Assembly: GCA_963737655.1 (NCBI GenBank)
Contig: CAVTTN010000002.1
Span: forward strand, 6,400,001-6,464,000
From: an uncultured Planctomycetota bacterium
GTDB taxonomy: Bacteria > Planctomycetota > Planctomycetia > Isosphaerales > Isosphaeraceae
Direction: 5' to 3'
Length of the DNA stretch: 64,000 nt
In this document: piece by piece, positions 13,452 through 24,622 of the stretch
How the letters are laid out: each line of letters opens with the position of its first letter
Position numbering within the stretch: position 1 is the first letter of the stretch
Made by a program: the position numbers and the translations under genes
The notes under the pieces: generated by a model
Databases searched by the model: none
What the model was told of the DNA's origin: nothing
What the model saw: only the letters and a program-made list of their open reading frames with translations

Positions 13452-14822
13452 ATGGCCATCGACCGCGTGGATGCCTACCTCGACGAGCACCGATCGGCGT
13501 TCGAGGAGACCCTGAAACGCCTCCTGCGAATCCCCAGCGTCTCGGCCCAGCCCGCCCACGACGCCGACACCCGCCTCGCCGCCGAGTTCGTCCGCGACGA
13601 CCTCCGCGCCTCGGGCATCCCGGCCGAGTTGATCGAATTTCCCAAGGGCCACCCGATCGTGTACGGAGAACGGCTCGACGCCCCGGGCCAGCCCACCTTG
13701 CTCGTCTACGGGCATTACGACGTCCAGCCCCCCGAGCCGATGGAACCGTGGCTCTCCCCTCCGTTCGAGCCGACCGAGAGGGATGGCAACCTCTACGCCC
13801 GGGGCGCCACCGACGACAAGGGTCAGATGCTCACCCACCTGAAGGCCGCCGAGGCGTGGCTGAAGACCTCGGGCAAGCTGCCGATCAACGTCAAGTTCCT
13901 GATCGAGGGCGAGGAGGAGGTCGGCGGCGCGAACCTCGAAGCCTTCGTGAAGCAAAATCGCGAGAAGCTCGCGTGCGACTATGCCGTGATCTCCGACACC
14001 AGCCAGTTCGCCCCCGGAATGCCGGCGATCACCTATGGCCTGAAGGGCCTGGCGTATTTCGAGATCACGGTGAACGGAGCGAAGTCGGACCTCCATTCCG
14101 GGACGTTCGGCGGGGCGGTCGCGAACCCGTTGAACGCCCTGGCGGTCATCCTGGCGAGCCTCAAAGGGCCCGACGGCCGCATCTCGATCCCCGGGTTCTA
14201 CGACGACGTCCGCCCCCTGGAAGCCTGGGAGCGCGAGGCGTTCGCGAAACTGCCTTTTTCCGAAGGTCAATTCCGGGAATCGCTCGGCGTGCGGTCGCTC
14301 GAAGGGGAATCCGGCTACTCGACCCTCGAACGGAAGTGGGCCAGGCCGACGTGCGACGTGAACGGGATTTATGGAGGCTATCAGGGCCCCGGGCCCAAGA
14401 CCGTGCTGCCCCGGACGGCCGGCGCCAAGTTCAGCTTCCGGCTCGTGCCGGACCAGGACGCCCGCAAGATCGCCGCGCTCTTGAAGGCCCATCTCGACGC
14501 GGTCTGCCCGCCGGGGGTGACCTATGAACTGATCACCTACAGCGGAGGGAACGCCTGCCTCGTGGCGATCGACACCCCCGGCGTGAAGGCCGCCGAGAGG
14601 GCCATCGAGGCCGGGTTCGGCACGAAACCCGTCTTCATGAGGGAGGGCGGGTCGATCCCGGTCGTCACCCTGATCAAGAACGAGCTGGGCGTCGATACAC
14701 TACTCCTCGGCTGGGGCCAGAACGACGACAACCTCCACGGCCCGAACGAGAAATTCTCGCTCGGGGACTTCCACAAGGGCATCAAGGCCAGCGCCCACCT
14801 GATGGCCGAGCTGGCGAAGTAA
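13452..14822 (+). CDS. M20 family dipeptidase
   Basis: YGHYDVQP, ARGATDDKG, EGEEE, DLHSG, LHGPNE. Confidence 0.93.
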   Translation: MAIDRVDAYLDEHRSAFEETLKRLLRIPSVSAQPAHDADTRLAAEFVRDDLRASGIPAELIEFPKGHPIVYGERLDAPGQPTLLVYGHYDVQPPEPMEPWLSPPFEPTERDGNLYARGATDDKGQMLTHLKAAEAWLKTSGKLPINVKFLIEGEEEVGGANLEAFVKQNREKLACDYAVISDTSQFAPGMPAITYGLKGLAYFEITVNGAKSDLHSGTFGGAVANPLNALAVILASLKGPDGRISIPGFYDDVRPLEAWEREAFAKLPFSEGQFRESLGVRSLEGESGYSTLERKWARPTCDVNGIYGGYQGPGPKTVLPRTAGAKFSFRLVPDQDARKIAALLKAHLDAVCPPGVTYELITYSGGNACLVAIDTPGVKAAERAIEAGFGTKPVFMREGGSIPVVTLIKNELGVDTLLLGWGQNDDNLHGPNEKFSLGDFHKGIKASAHLMAELAK

Positions 14823-14847
14823 GGATCGATTCCAGGGGGACCGACCG

Positions 14848-15532
14848 ATGGCGACCGTCGTGGAGGCAGAAGCATCGCGAGGCACCGCGAAAGGGAGGGA
14901 GGCCGCCCGCCCCTTCGTCGCTCGCGATGTCTCCTGGCAAACGTTCGAGGCGATGGACCGCGACCCCGGCTTCTGCCGGGTCCGGATCACCTATGATCGG
15001 GGAGTGCTGGTCCTCATGAGCCCGTCGCCGCTCCACGATCGCTACAAGAAGCTCTTCGGGAGGCTGATCGAAGACGTCCTCGTCGGCCTCCGCATGCCGT
15101 TCGAGGCCGCGGGCGAGTCGCGATGGAAGAAGGAGGCGGAGCGGAGGGGCCTGGAGGCCGACGAGTCCTATTTCCTGGGCCCGGAGAAGCTCGCCATCGT
15201 CGCCGGGAGGGCGGCCGACCGCCCGGGCGACCCGTTTCCCGACCTGGCCGTCGAGATCGACCTCTCCGACCCGGCCGTCGACCGGATGGACATCTACGCG
15301 GCGCTGGGCGTCCCGGAGGTCTGGCGGTTCGACGGCGAGGCCGTCCAGTTCCTGGGATTGCGGGCCGAGGGGACCTATGAACCGCGCCGAGAGCCGGTTC
15401 CTCCCGGTCCGACCCGAGGAAGTCGCCGGATGGATCGCCCGGGCGGCTGGCCTGGACCTCCTCTCCTGGATCGACCTCGTGCAGCGATGGGTCCGGGATG
15501 AACTCGTCCCCCGACGACGGCCGGCGCCTTAA
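14848..15532 (+). CDS. Uma2 family endonuclease-like protein; frameshift near 15385
   Basis: LMSPSPLH, LEADESYF, PDLAVEID, YAALGVPEVW; typical tail (AESRFLPV...WVRDEL) continues in another frame to TAA 15530-15532. Confidence 0.85.
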
Positions 15533-15554
15533 AATAAGAAAGGTCGAGAACCTC

Positions 15555-15938
15555 ATGGAAACCCTGACGCCCATCGAACGCCTGGTGCTCGAAGAGACGA
15601 GCCGGGGGCCGGAGACCCTGGAGCAGATCCGCGACCACCTCCGCCTCCCCCTTGCCGAGGCCGCCGACGCGGTCCGCTCGCTGGTGGACCGGGGGATGGT
15701 CTCGCCGCGAACGAAGGGCGAGGACGTCCCCCAGGACCTCAGCCGGATCTGGAAAGCCGCGTTCGAGCCAACCTCGAAGGGCCGGGATGCTCTGGCCGAG
15801 GTCCTGCCGGAACCGTCGCCCCGGGCGCGGATCTCCGCCGGGATGTTCGCCGGGCTGATCCCGCCGATCACCGCCGAGGAGATGGACGAGGCCCGCCGCG
15901 AGATGTGGGGCGGCTGGATGACGGGGGCCCGCGGATGA
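15555..15938 (+). CDS. Putative antitoxin: winged-HTH plus EEMDEARREMW tail
   Basis: wHTH-like N-terminus (VRSLVDRGMV...PTSKGR); ATGA overlap with the PIN gene. Confidence 0.6.
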   Translation: METLTPIERLVLEETSRGPETLEQIRDHLRLPLAEAADAVRSLVDRGMVSPRTKGEDVPQDLSRIWKAAFEPTSKGRDALAEVLPEPSPRARISAGMFAGLIPPITAEEMDEARREMWGGWMTGARG

Positions 15939-16165
15939 CGGGCCTCGTCTCCGACACCCACGCCGCCATCTGGTTCCTCGCCGGCCTGCCCGGGCTCTCG
16001 GCCGCCGCGAAGGACGCCATGAACGCGGCCCTCGGATCGGGAGGGGCGATCGTCCTTTCGACCATGCCCGACCGGATCATCGCGGCGACGGCCCTCCTCG
16101 TGAACTTGCCCCTCGTCTCCCGGGACCGGAAGATCCGGGCGTCGGCCCTCCGACCGATCTGGTAG
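15935..16165 (+). pseudogene. PIN/VapC toxin with a large in-frame internal deletion (76 aa)
   Basis: SDTHAAIWF start joined almost directly to MPDRIIAATA...LVSRDRKI end. Confidence 0.7.
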
Positions 16166-16201
16166 TCCTCGACCCGTACCGCCTTGCCCGAGGGATCTCT
16201 C

Positions 16202-17494
16202 ATGCTGGACCTGAAATACGTCCTGGACCACCTGGACGACGTGAAGCGGAACTGTGTCGAGAGGAACGTGCCGGCCGAGATCGTGGCGCAGGTCGATTCC
16301 CTGTCGGCCGACGGCGAACGGCGAAGGTCCGTCCTCGGCCGGGTCGAAGAGATCCGCCGGAGGCAGAACGAGGTGGCCCAGGCCACCGGCAAGGAGAAAG
16401 ACCCCGAGCGCCGCAAGGAACTCGTCGAGGAAGGCAAGAGGCTCAAGGGAGAGGTCGGCCACGCCGAGGAATCGCTCCGAGAGCTCGAAACGGCCCTGAC
16501 GGCGAAGCTGGCGAGGATCCCCAACCTCACCCATCCGGACGCCCCCCGCGGCCGGACCGAGGACGCCAACGCCACCATCAAGACCTGGGGCGAACCCCGC
16601 AAATTCGACTTCCCGGCCAGGGACCACGTCGAGATCGGCAAGGCTCTGGACCTGATCGACTTCGAGAGCGGAGGGAAGGTCTCGGGCCAGGGGTTCTACT
16701 TCCTGAAGAACGAGGGGGCGCTGCTGGACCTCGCCTTGCAGCAGTTCGCCATCCACAAGCTCGTGGCCGAGGGGTTCACGCCGGTCGTCACGCCCGACCT
16801 GGCCCGGAACTCGATCCTCGAAGGGATCGGCTTCACCCCGAGGGGCCACGAGACGCAGATCTATTCCGTGGAGAATACCGATTTGAGCCTCGTGGGGACC
16901 GCGGAGATCACCCTGGGCGGCATGCATGCCGATGAGATTTTGGACGCCTCCCGCCTGCCGATGAAGTACGTGGGCCTCTCGCACTGCTTCCGCACCGAGG
17001 CCGGCGCGGCGGGCCGGGCGAGCAAGGGGTTGTATCGGGTCCACCAGTTTACGAAGGTGGAGATGTTCGCGTTCACCGAGGGGTCGCTCGAAGTCTCCGG
17101 CGCGATGCACCGGGAACTCCTCCGGATCGAGGAGGAGATCTTCCAGGCGCTGGCCCTGCCCTATCGCGTCCTGGATATCTGCTCCGGGGACCTGGGCGGC
17201 CCGGCCTACCGCAAGTTCGACATCGAGGCGTGGATGCCGGGGCGAGGCGAGGCGGGCGAGTACGGCGAGGTCACGAGCACCTCGGATTGCACCGATTATC
17301 AGGCCCGCCGATTGAACATCCGTTACAAGCCGCCCGGCCAGAAGGGAACGAAGTTCGTCCATACGCTCAACGGTACGGCCGTCGCGATCAGCCGGGCCTT
17401 GCTCGCGGTCCTGGAGAATTATCAGAGGGCCGACGGCAAGGTGGACGTCCCGGAGGTCCTTCAGCCGTGGATGGGCAAGGCGATTATCGGATAG
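16202..17494 (+). CDS. serS: Serine--tRNA ligase
   Basis: MLDLK start, GTAE, CFRTEAG, RVHQFTKVEMF, HTLNGTAVA. Confidence 0.98.
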   Translation: MLDLKYVLDHLDDVKRNCVERNVPAEIVAQVDSLSADGERRRSVLGRVEEIRRRQNEVAQATGKEKDPERRKELVEEGKRLKGEVGHAEESLRELETALTAKLARIPNLTHPDAPRGRTEDANATIKTWGEPRKFDFPARDHVEIGKALDLIDFESGGKVSGQGFYFLKNEGALLDLALQQFAIHKLVAEGFTPVVTPDLARNSILEGIGFTPRGHETQIYSVENTDLSLVGTAEITLGGMHADEILDASRLPMKYVGLSHCFRTEAGAAGRASKGLYRVHQFTKVEMFAFTEGSLEVSGAMHRELLRIEEEIFQALALPYRVLDICSGDLGGPAYRKFDIEAWMPGRGEAGEYGEVTSTSDCTDYQARRLNIRYKPPGQKGTKFVHTLNGTAVAISRALLAVLENYQRADGKVDVPEVLQPWMGKAIIG

Positions 17495-17667
17495 TGGGCA
17501 GAAAGCAGTGGGCAGAAAGCAGTGGGCAGTGGGCAGTGGGCAGAACGTCGGTGTTTCCCCGCGTCACCGAAGACGAGACGTCGCCATTCGAATACTCTTC
17601 ACTGCCCACTGCCCACTGCCCACTGCCCACTGCCCACTGCCCACTGCCCACTGCCCACTGCCCACTG
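17493..17667. repeat. Inverted pair of heptamer arrays (AGTGGGC)n ... (GCCCACT)n
   Basis: 7 units of AGTGGGC/AGAAAGC at 17493-17541; about 9.5 units of ACTGCCC at 17600-17667. Confidence 0.9.
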
Positions 17668-17682
17668 TTTCAATGAGGCGCC

Positions 17683-19062
17683 ATGATGCGAAATCCGCTG
17701 CTGGTGCCCGATCTTCGGGAGCTCCTCCAGGCCGGCGAGGCGCAGGCCGTCGGCGAGTTCCTGGCCGAATATCACCCGGCCCGGGTGGGCGAGCTCATCG
17801 AGGACCTCGGCGAGGGCGAGGGGGACGCCGTGTTCCGCTTGCTGGAGCCTCGCGCCCGGGCCGACGTGATGAGCTACCTCGAACCCGAGACCCAGGTCCG
17901 CCTGGTCGAGGCCATGCCGCCGACCGAGGCCGCCGACCTGTTGCACCTGATGTCCCACGACGAACGCGCCGACCTCGCCAACCGACTGGACGAGGACCGC
18001 GTCGACGAGATCCTCCGGCGGCTCGCCCACGCCGAGCGCGAGGACATCCGCCGATTGGCCAGCTACGAGCCCGGCACCGCCGGCGCCGTGATGACCACGG
18101 ACTACGCCACCCTGCCGCCCGATTTGACCGTCCGCGAGGCGCTCGATCGTCTTCGGCACGAGGCGCCCGATCGCGAGACGATCTATTACAGCTACGTCGT
18201 CGATTCGTCGCGGAGGCTCCGCGGATTGATCTCTCTGAAGAGGCTCCTGCTCTCCCGGCCCCGGACACGCATCGACGAGATCATGACCCGCGACCTCGTC
18301 GTCGCCCGGGTCGATGAGGATCAGGAGAGCGTCGCCAAGAAGATCGAGGAATACGACCTGATCGCCATCCCGGTCGTCGATGCCTCCGACATGCTCGTGG
18401 GGATCGTCACCCACGACGACGCGATGGACATCCTCCGCCGAGAGCAGACCGAGGACATCCTCAAGTTCGGCGGAGTGAGCGCCGACCCCGAGGCCGACGA
18501 GGCCCCGTACTGGCAGTCCGGCATCGTCGCGAGCGTCCGCCGTCGCATCTATTGGCTCTTATTGCTCTTCCTTGCGGAGAATTTCACGTATCCCGTCCTG
18601 AAATATTATCAATGGATCGAGGGGGACGACTACTTCCCGGCCCTCGGGCTGTTCCTGCCCCTGCTGCTCGGCACGGGCGGGAACGCCGGGAGCCAGTCCG
18701 TCGGGACGATCATCCGGGGGATCGCGTTGGGGGAGATCCACTCCCGAGACGTCCTCCGGGTCGTCGGCCGGGAGGTCTTGACCGGGCTGCTCCTGGGTGT
18801 CGCCCTGGGAGGCGTGGCGTTCTTCTACGCGAGATTCTGGAGGGGGCAGCCCTGGGGGCTCGCCGGCGTGGTCGGCCTGACGATCCTCTGCGTCTGCGTG
18901 TGGGCGAACTTCATCGGCGCCCTCGTGCCGATCCTCGCCCGATGGGCCGGCAAGGACCCGGCCGTCATCTCCGCGCCCTTCATTTCCACCCTGGTGGATG
19001 CCACGGGATTGGTGATCTATTACTCGATCGCGATCTTCCTCCTCCTGAAACTCCACCTCTGA
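17683..19062 (+). CDS. mgtE: Magnesium transporter MgtE
   Basis: N domain, two CBS domains, [22 protein letters not shown]. Confidence 0.96.
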   Translation: MMRNPLLVPDLRELLQAGEAQAVGEFLAEYHPARVGELIEDLGEGEGDAVFRLLEPRARADVMSYLEPETQVRLVEAMPPTEAADLLHLMSHDERADLANRLDEDRVDEILRRLAHAEREDIRRLASYEPGTAGAVMTTDYATLPPDLTVREALDRLRHEAPDRETIYYSYVVDSSRRLRGLISLKRLLLSRPRTRIDEIMTRDLVVARVDEDQESVAKKIEEYDLIAIPVVDASDMLVGIVTHDDAMDILRREQTEDILKFGGVSADPEADEAPYWQSGIVASVRRRIYWLLLLFLAENFTYPVLKYYQWIEGDDYFPALGLFLPLLLGTGGNAGSQSVGTIIRGIALGEIHSRDVLRVVGREVLTGLLLGVALGGVAFFYARFWRGQPWGLAGVVGLTILCVCVWANFIGALVPILARWAGKDPAVISAPFISTLVDATGLVIYYSIAIFLLLKLHL

Positions 19063-19071
19063 GGCCCGAAC

Positions 19072-19811
19072 GTGCGGTTCGCCGAGATGACTGCCCCGGA
19101 AATCGGCCGGCTCGACCGGGAGACCACGCTCGTCGTGGCGCCAATCGCCGCGTGCGAGCAGCATTCTCGGCATTTGCCGGTGTTCACGGACTCGATCCTC
19201 GGCGGGGCGGTGGCCGACGGGCTGGACGCGGCCCTCCCCGGACGGATTTTGCTCCTGCCGGTGCTCTGGATCGGCGCCAGCGAGCACCACTTGCCGTTCG
19301 GCGGGACGCTCACGGCGACCTTGCCCACCTATGAAACGCTCCTGGTCGAGCTGCTCGCCCCTCTCCTGAGGAATGGCTTCCGCCGGGTCCTGATCCTGAA
19401 CGGCCACGGCGGCAACATCGACCCGTTGCGCGTGGCCCTCCGCCGGCTCGACGTGATGTTCCCGACGGCGACCCTCGCCGGGGCCGCCTACTGGGACCTC
19501 GCCGCCACCGAGATCGCCGATCTCTGCCGGGGCCCCGGAAGAGCATGGGGCACGCCTGCGAGATCGAGACGGCGATGATGATGCACCTCCGCCCGGACCT
19601 CGTCCGCGAGGACCGGATCGAGGACGACCCGTCGAAGACGCCCGAAGGTCTCGCCGGCCTGACCTGGCCCCGAGACTTCGCCCGATCCACCGATCACGGG
19701 GCGATCGGCCACCCCTCGTTCGCGAACCCCGAGACCGGCCGTCTCTTGCTTGAGGCGATCGTCGAGAAAGTGACCGAGGTGGCGGAACGGGTGTTGATCC
19801 TGGGTGGATGA
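19072..19811 (+). CDS. Creatininase family protein; frameshift near 19535
   Basis: EQHSRHLP, SEHH, NGHGGN in the first frame; GHACEIET in the second frame. Confidence 0.88.
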
Positions 19812-19829
19812 AATCGGCCCGACGAGGCC

Positions 19830-20912
19830 TCACGCCCCCCATCGGGGCCGGTCGGGGAACCAGCCGATGGCCTCGGAGTGCTTCCGGTAGAAGAGGCCGA
19901 GCACCCGGCAGACGACCATCGCCAGATAGAGCGTCGCGACCCAGAAGACCCAGGTGCCAAGGATCACCGCGGGGATACCGGGCAGGAGGAACAGGCCCAG
20001 GAACGCCACCGCCCCGACCACGGCCGAGGCCATCGCCAGGGCGATCACGCGAAAGGAATCGATCCCGGCCCTCGTGAGCGCCGAGAGGACCGTGGCCGGG
20101 TTCGCGGCGACGAAGCTCTCGTGGAGCGACACGCCGATCAGGGCGAGCTGGGCATAGGCCAGCCCCGGCGTGCTGAGCAACGCCATCACGGCCCAGTCCT
20201 TCGCCTGCAACTCCTGCCGGCCGGAGAGGTACAGCGCGATCAGAGGGGCCGACAGGAGCGTCCCGAACGCCCCGGCCCAGAGCCCTCGGAACAGGCTGGC
20301 CAGGACCGGCCCGGTCTGCCACGGGGGGACCCGGGGATGCTGGGTGTCGCCGAAGGCCGACGACCTCAGGCCCTCGGTGAGGAACAGCAAGACGTAACCT
20401 AGCGTCATCAGGAGGAATAACAGCATGGGAGCGGCCATCAGGAAGGCACCAAACCTCGTGACCTCGTCGTCGCCCAGGATGTAGGTCGGCACCAGGCCGA
20501 TCGACAGGAGCGACATCAGAGTGAGGGCCGGGGGCAGGCAGGCGAGCATGGTCACGCCGTTGCCGTCCCACAGGGGATAGGCGAAGCTCCCGGCCAGGGC
20601 CGTCTCCGGCGCCTTCGGGGCGCGGACGATCCCCTCCCGGCCGATCGGGGTCGTCTTTCGTCGCTTCCCGGGCTTGCGTGAAGGGTCGCCCAGCCGTTCC
20701 GGGAGCGGAGGCTCCTCGTCTTCGGGCGGTCGCCTCGGCCGGGGATCGGGGGGGGCCGGGGGAGGGTCCGGCTCGGGGCGAGGCGTCCCCTCGAACCGGA
20801 GGGTCTCGCCGCATTTGGGGCATCGGCCGACCCGTCCCGGCCGGGCGTTCGGGGCCCGAAGCCTCTCGCCGCACGAGCAGACCAGGATGGCGATCTCGGC
20901 GCCGTCGCTCAT
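19830..20912 (-). CDS. Zn-ribbon membrane protein (DUF4013-like)
   Basis: CSCG...CPKCG, Pro-rich linker, SFAYP and several TM helices. Confidence 0.75.
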   Translation of the reverse strand: MSDGAEIAILVCSCGERLRAPNARPGRVGRCPKCGETLRFEGTPRPEPDPPPAPPDPRPRRPPEDEEPPLPERLGDPSRKPGKRRKTTPIGREGIVRAPKAPETALAGSFAYPLWDGNGVTMLACLPPALTLMSLLSIGLVPTYILGDDEVTRFGAFLMAAPMLLFLLMTLGYVLLFLTEGLRSSAFGDTQHPRVPPWQTGPVLASLFRGLWAGAFGTLLSAPLIALYLSGRQELQAKDWAVMALLSTPGLAYAQLALIGVSLHESFVAANPATVLSALTRAGIDSFRVIALAMASAVVGAVAFLGLFLLPGIPAVILGTWVFWVATLYLAMVVCRVLGLFYRKHSEAIGWFPDRPRWGA

Positions 20913-20931
20913 CGCCGCCTCGATGGCCCGA

Positions 20932-21363
20932 TCAGGAGCCGGCCGGGCCGCCGTCGGCCTTGCCCTTGCCCTTGCCGCCGTTCATCTCTTCCAGGAGGGC
21001 GCGGACTTCCTTCGCCTGCGAGGCGTCCAGCGGGTGCGACTTCAGCAGGTGGAGGACCAGCAAGCCCGGCTCCCCCTGGTACAGCTTCTCGACGAGGTGC
21101 CCGACCCTCTTGTGCCGGACCTCCGACTCGGTCGCGATCGGCTTGTAGACGAAGGCGAGCTCCGAGCGGTCGCTGGCGACCATCCCCTTGGACTCCAATC
21201 GGTCCAGGAGCGTGGCGACCGTGGCATAGGACCACGGCCGACCGGCCGCCTTGAGCGTCTCCAGGATCTCGCGGACGGTGCCCTGGCCCCGGTCCCAGAG
21301 CACCTTGATGACTTCCAGCTCGGAATCCGGGATGGTAGGGGGGCGCTTGGCCATTGCGGGCAT
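20932..21363 (-). CDS. BlaI/MecI/CopY family repressor
   Basis: ELEVIKVLW, TVREI, YATVATLLDRLESKGMV, AFVYKP. Confidence 0.93.
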   Translation of the reverse strand: MPAMAKRPPTIPDSELEVIKVLWDRGQGTVREILETLKAAGRPWSYATVATLLDRLESKGMVASDRSELAFVYKPIATESEVRHKRVGHLVEKLYQGEPGLLVLHLLKSHPLDASQAKEVRALLEEMNGGKGKGKADGGPAGS

Positions 21364-21431
21364 CTCGACGAAGGAGGAAGGAATCCCGGCGGCCTCGGCG
21401 GAAGGCGGGGGCGGCGCGCGACGGTTGAGGC

Positions 21432-21504
21432 TTGACCGACCGTCGCGGCCGATGTATCCTAAGACAACTGTCTCACGCCGTCAACCCGGTTCCTGACAAT
21501 TGTC
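21432..21504. promoter_or_regulatory. Overlapping divergent sigma70-like promoters with two GACA-NN-TGTC boxes
   Basis: + strand TTGACC(21432)-N17-TATCCT; - strand TTGACG(21484)-N17-TAGGAT; palindromes AGACAACTGTCT 21462-21473 and GACAATTGTC 21495-21504. Confidence 0.65.
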
Positions 21505-21554
21505 CCGAGATTGTCGGAGAGTCGAGGTTCGGAGGGTCGCGGAGTCCGGCCGAG

Positions 21555-22805
21555 ATGGACGCGGTCCCCCGATCGGGCCGGTGGCGATGTCCGGCCTGCG
21601 GGACGGGACTGGACCCCGTCTCGGCTTCAACCTACGAGCAGAGGCTCGCCTGCCCCGGCTGCGGGGGGCAATTCCGGGTCCGCCGGAAGCAACGAGGCGG
21701 CTCGGATTCGTCGTTCACCGTCTCGGGAGAAGTCCCGGCGGCACGAACTCCGGCCACCGTCGGCGGCTTCGGCCTGGCCGCCCGAGGTCTGGCCCTGGGA
21801 CTGGTCCGCGGCGCGTATTCCGCCGGGAATCTCGCGGGCTCGGCCCTGGTTTTTGTCCTCGGAGGTTTCGTCCCCGTCGTGGGCGGCTGGCTCCGGGACG
21901 AGGTCTCCGACCGCCGATCGGCGTTCGCCTCGCTCGGCGGAGTGACGATCGCCGACCCGTCGAAAGACCCCGACGCGGACCTCGGCCCGGCGATCACCCG
22001 GACCGACGCCCCGGCCCTCTTCACCGAGGTCGCCGAGGTGGCGAAGAAGCTCGGAGCGAGGCCGCCCGACCAGGTCCGGCTGACCTATTTGCCTTGCTGC
22101 GGGGTCGTCGCCTGGGACCGATCGCGGGCCCTGATCCTGGGCCTGCCGTTGCTCCACGTCCTGGATCGTTCCGAACTCCGGGCGGTCCTGGCCCACGAGC
22201 TCGCCCACCTCGCCCGGGGGGACGCCACGCTCTCGGCCGATCGCTCGCGGTTCGTCCACGGACTGGGCCGGGCCCTGGACTCGGCCCCGCCCTCAAGAAG
22301 CCCTCTGAGGCTCTGGGCGAGGCTCTGCCGACGACTCTCCGAAACCCTCCACGCCCCGATCGCCCGGGGGATGGAGGCCAGGGCCGATCGGGCTTCGGGC
22401 TCGATCGCCGGAGGAGACGCGGCGGCCTCGGCCCTGGTGAAGGTGGCGGCGGTCCAGCCGTTATTCCGAGAGGTCCTGGACGGTTACGCCCCCGGAGGCC
22501 CCGAGACGCCGAATCTCTACGCCTTCTTCCGGGAGTTCTGGTCCAGGCTTCCCGAAGGGCTGCTCACGGCGATCCGCCACCAGCTCCTGACCGACGGCGA
22601 GGCCCCGACCGACCCGGCCCACCCCCCCTTGCTCGAACGGATCGCCCTGGTGCAGACCTACCCGATCAAGCCTGGAGGAGAGGCCGACCGGACCCCGGCG
22701 GCGGGATTGCTAGGCGACGTCGAGGCGATGGAGCGCATGCTCCACAATCGCCTTTTTGGAGTGGCGGCGGTGGAGCCCAGCGTATTCCACCGGGCGGGGT
22801 CGTAG
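21555..22805 (+). CDS. M48 family metalloprotease with N-terminal Zn ribbon
   Basis: CPAC...CPGC; ELRAVLAHELAH, EARAD, HPPLLERI. Confidence 0.85.
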   Translation: MDAVPRSGRWRCPACGTGLDPVSASTYEQRLACPGCGGQFRVRRKQRGGSDSSFTVSGEVPAARTPATVGGFGLAARGLALGLVRGAYSAGNLAGSALVFVLGGFVPVVGGWLRDEVSDRRSAFASLGGVTIADPSKDPDADLGPAITRTDAPALFTEVAEVAKKLGARPPDQVRLTYLPCCGVVAWDRSRALILGLPLLHVLDRSELRAVLAHELAHLARGDATLSADRSRFVHGLGRALDSAPPSRSPLRLWARLCRRLSETLHAPIARGMEARADRASGSIAGGDAAASALVKVAAVQPLFREVLDGYAPGGPETPNLYAFFREFWSRLPEGLLTAIRHQLLTDGEAPTDPAHPPLLERIALVQTYPIKPGGEADRTPAAGLLGDVEAMERMLHNRLFGVAAVEPSVFHRAGS

Positions 22806-22845
22806 CCCCGACCCGGATTTGCCCTCGCGGGGGAGGCGGCGCTCC

Positions 22846-24434
22846 CTATTTCCCGCCGGATGCCTTCTTGTCCCTGGCGACCCGAGCGTCCCTGAGCTCC
22901 TTCCAGCGTTGCGCCAGCTTCTCCGCCGGTTCGGTCCTCGCCGTTCGGAGGAGGTAATTGCCGGCGACGTAGGACGCGTACAGATCATCCGGTCCCACCG
23001 ATTTGTCGAGCGCCTCGAGGTCCTTCGGGGACCGGGTGATCCGATAGAGGGCCGCCAGGCAGTACGGGGCGAGGGCGGGGTTCCGGCCCCGGCCTCCAGG
23101 GTCTTTCGCGATTCGGGCGTGTCGAAGGCCCCGAGCGCCAGGGCCGCCCGGAATCTGGCCGAATTCCGATCGATCAGGGGGTTGACGCCCTCCCCGGGGG
23201 TGTCCGGATCGACCATCCGGGCCAGGGCTTCGACGGCCCGAGGATCGCCCAGGTCGTCGAGCGACCCGGCGATGTCCATGTCCATCCCGAACCCTCGGAC
23301 ATCGCCGGGGAGCATTTTTTCGAGGTAGTCGAGCAGCCCGTCCGTCTTCCGGCGCGCCAGGATGTGGGCCGTGCTCTTGATCGTGCAGGTGCTCTGGGCC
23401 CCGTCGAGGATCTTCTGCAAGAGCGGCGTCGTCTTCGCCCCTCGGGCTTCCAGGGCCTTGAAGGCTTCGGCCTCCAGGGCGTTGTGCGGGTGGGACCAGC
23501 AGAGGATGGCCAGGATCTCCGAGGCCCGGTCCGACGGGTCCTCGGCGAGCTTTCGGACCGTGCCCTCCTGATCCAGGGCGTCCAGGGTGCGGACGTTCTC
23601 CTCGGTGTCCGTCAGGGTGGCGAACGAGGGGAGACGCTTGTAGAAATTCGCCCGCGAGCGACTCTTCTCGGCCTCGGCGGCCAGGCCCTTCTTCTCCTGA
23701 TGCTCCGCGAGGGCCTCGTGAGCCTCGGCCAGGCGCGGGTCGAGCTCCAGGGTGCGCCTCAGGAAGTCCGCCGCCTCGTCCTCATGGCCTGCGTCGCGAG
23801 TCGCCAGGGCGAGAGACAGGCGAAATCCCGGATTCTCCGGCTCGAGGGCGACCAGGGACTTCCAGACCCCGAGCGCGGCCTCGGGTTTCCCCTGACGGGA
23901 GTAGACGGAGGCCAGGGCCTTCGCCGCTTCGGGCGCCTCGGGTCGCAGTTTCCTCGCCTTCTCGTAGGCCGAGGCGGCGTCGGCGAGTCGATCCTTCTTG
24001 TAGCGGACCTCTGCGTCCTTGTCCCTGCTCGGCCTGGCCATCACGGTCCCGGCCCGGAAGGTCATGTTCGGGCCGGATTCCCCCTGGCGGAGCCGAATTT
24101 CGCCCACGGACATCAGGTAGGAATAGTCCGAGGCGTCGCCCGTCAGCGCCGATTCCCACAGGGACACCGCCTCGTCCGGACGACCGTCGAAATCCAGGAT
24201 TCGCCCGAGGGCGATCCGGGCGTCCTCGTCCTTCGGTTCGTCCTTGAGGTGGTCGCGGAGCAGCGCGATCGCCGGATCGATCTTCCCGGCGTTGGCGAGC
24301 TGGAGGGCCCGATCCGTCGGAGACTCTCCCCCGGCCCAGGCCCAGGAGGGATTCGCCGCGCCCCCGAGGCAGACCAGGAGCAACAGACCTCGCCCCGAGC
24401 GCAGGAACGAACAAACCCCGACGGCCCTCATCAT
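22846..24434 (-). CDS. Exported TPR + HEAT repeat protein; frameshift near 23085
   Basis: Signal peptide, several TPRs; alternative frame gives NPALAPYCLAALYRI...GGK and a stop at 22846. Confidence 0.75.
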
Positions 24435-24622
24435 GGCTCGCCTCGGCTTTCTCGCGGGTTGCGATCATCCAGGGGGGCGCGGCCGCCGGCATGGCGAGAT
24501 CGCCAGGGCGTCGTCGGCCGCGGACCACGAAGACTTTCGTTGACAGGCCAGAGCCTATCTCCGTCCGGGCCGCCATGCAAAGGGATTCGACCCTGGATGA
24601 CCGAATTGTGTCGGGGCGGAGC

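Noticed and set aside
19500..19560. Programmed frameshifting in the creatininase and other split genes
   Set aside because: No slippery heptamer; the pattern across unrelated genes fits sequencing indels
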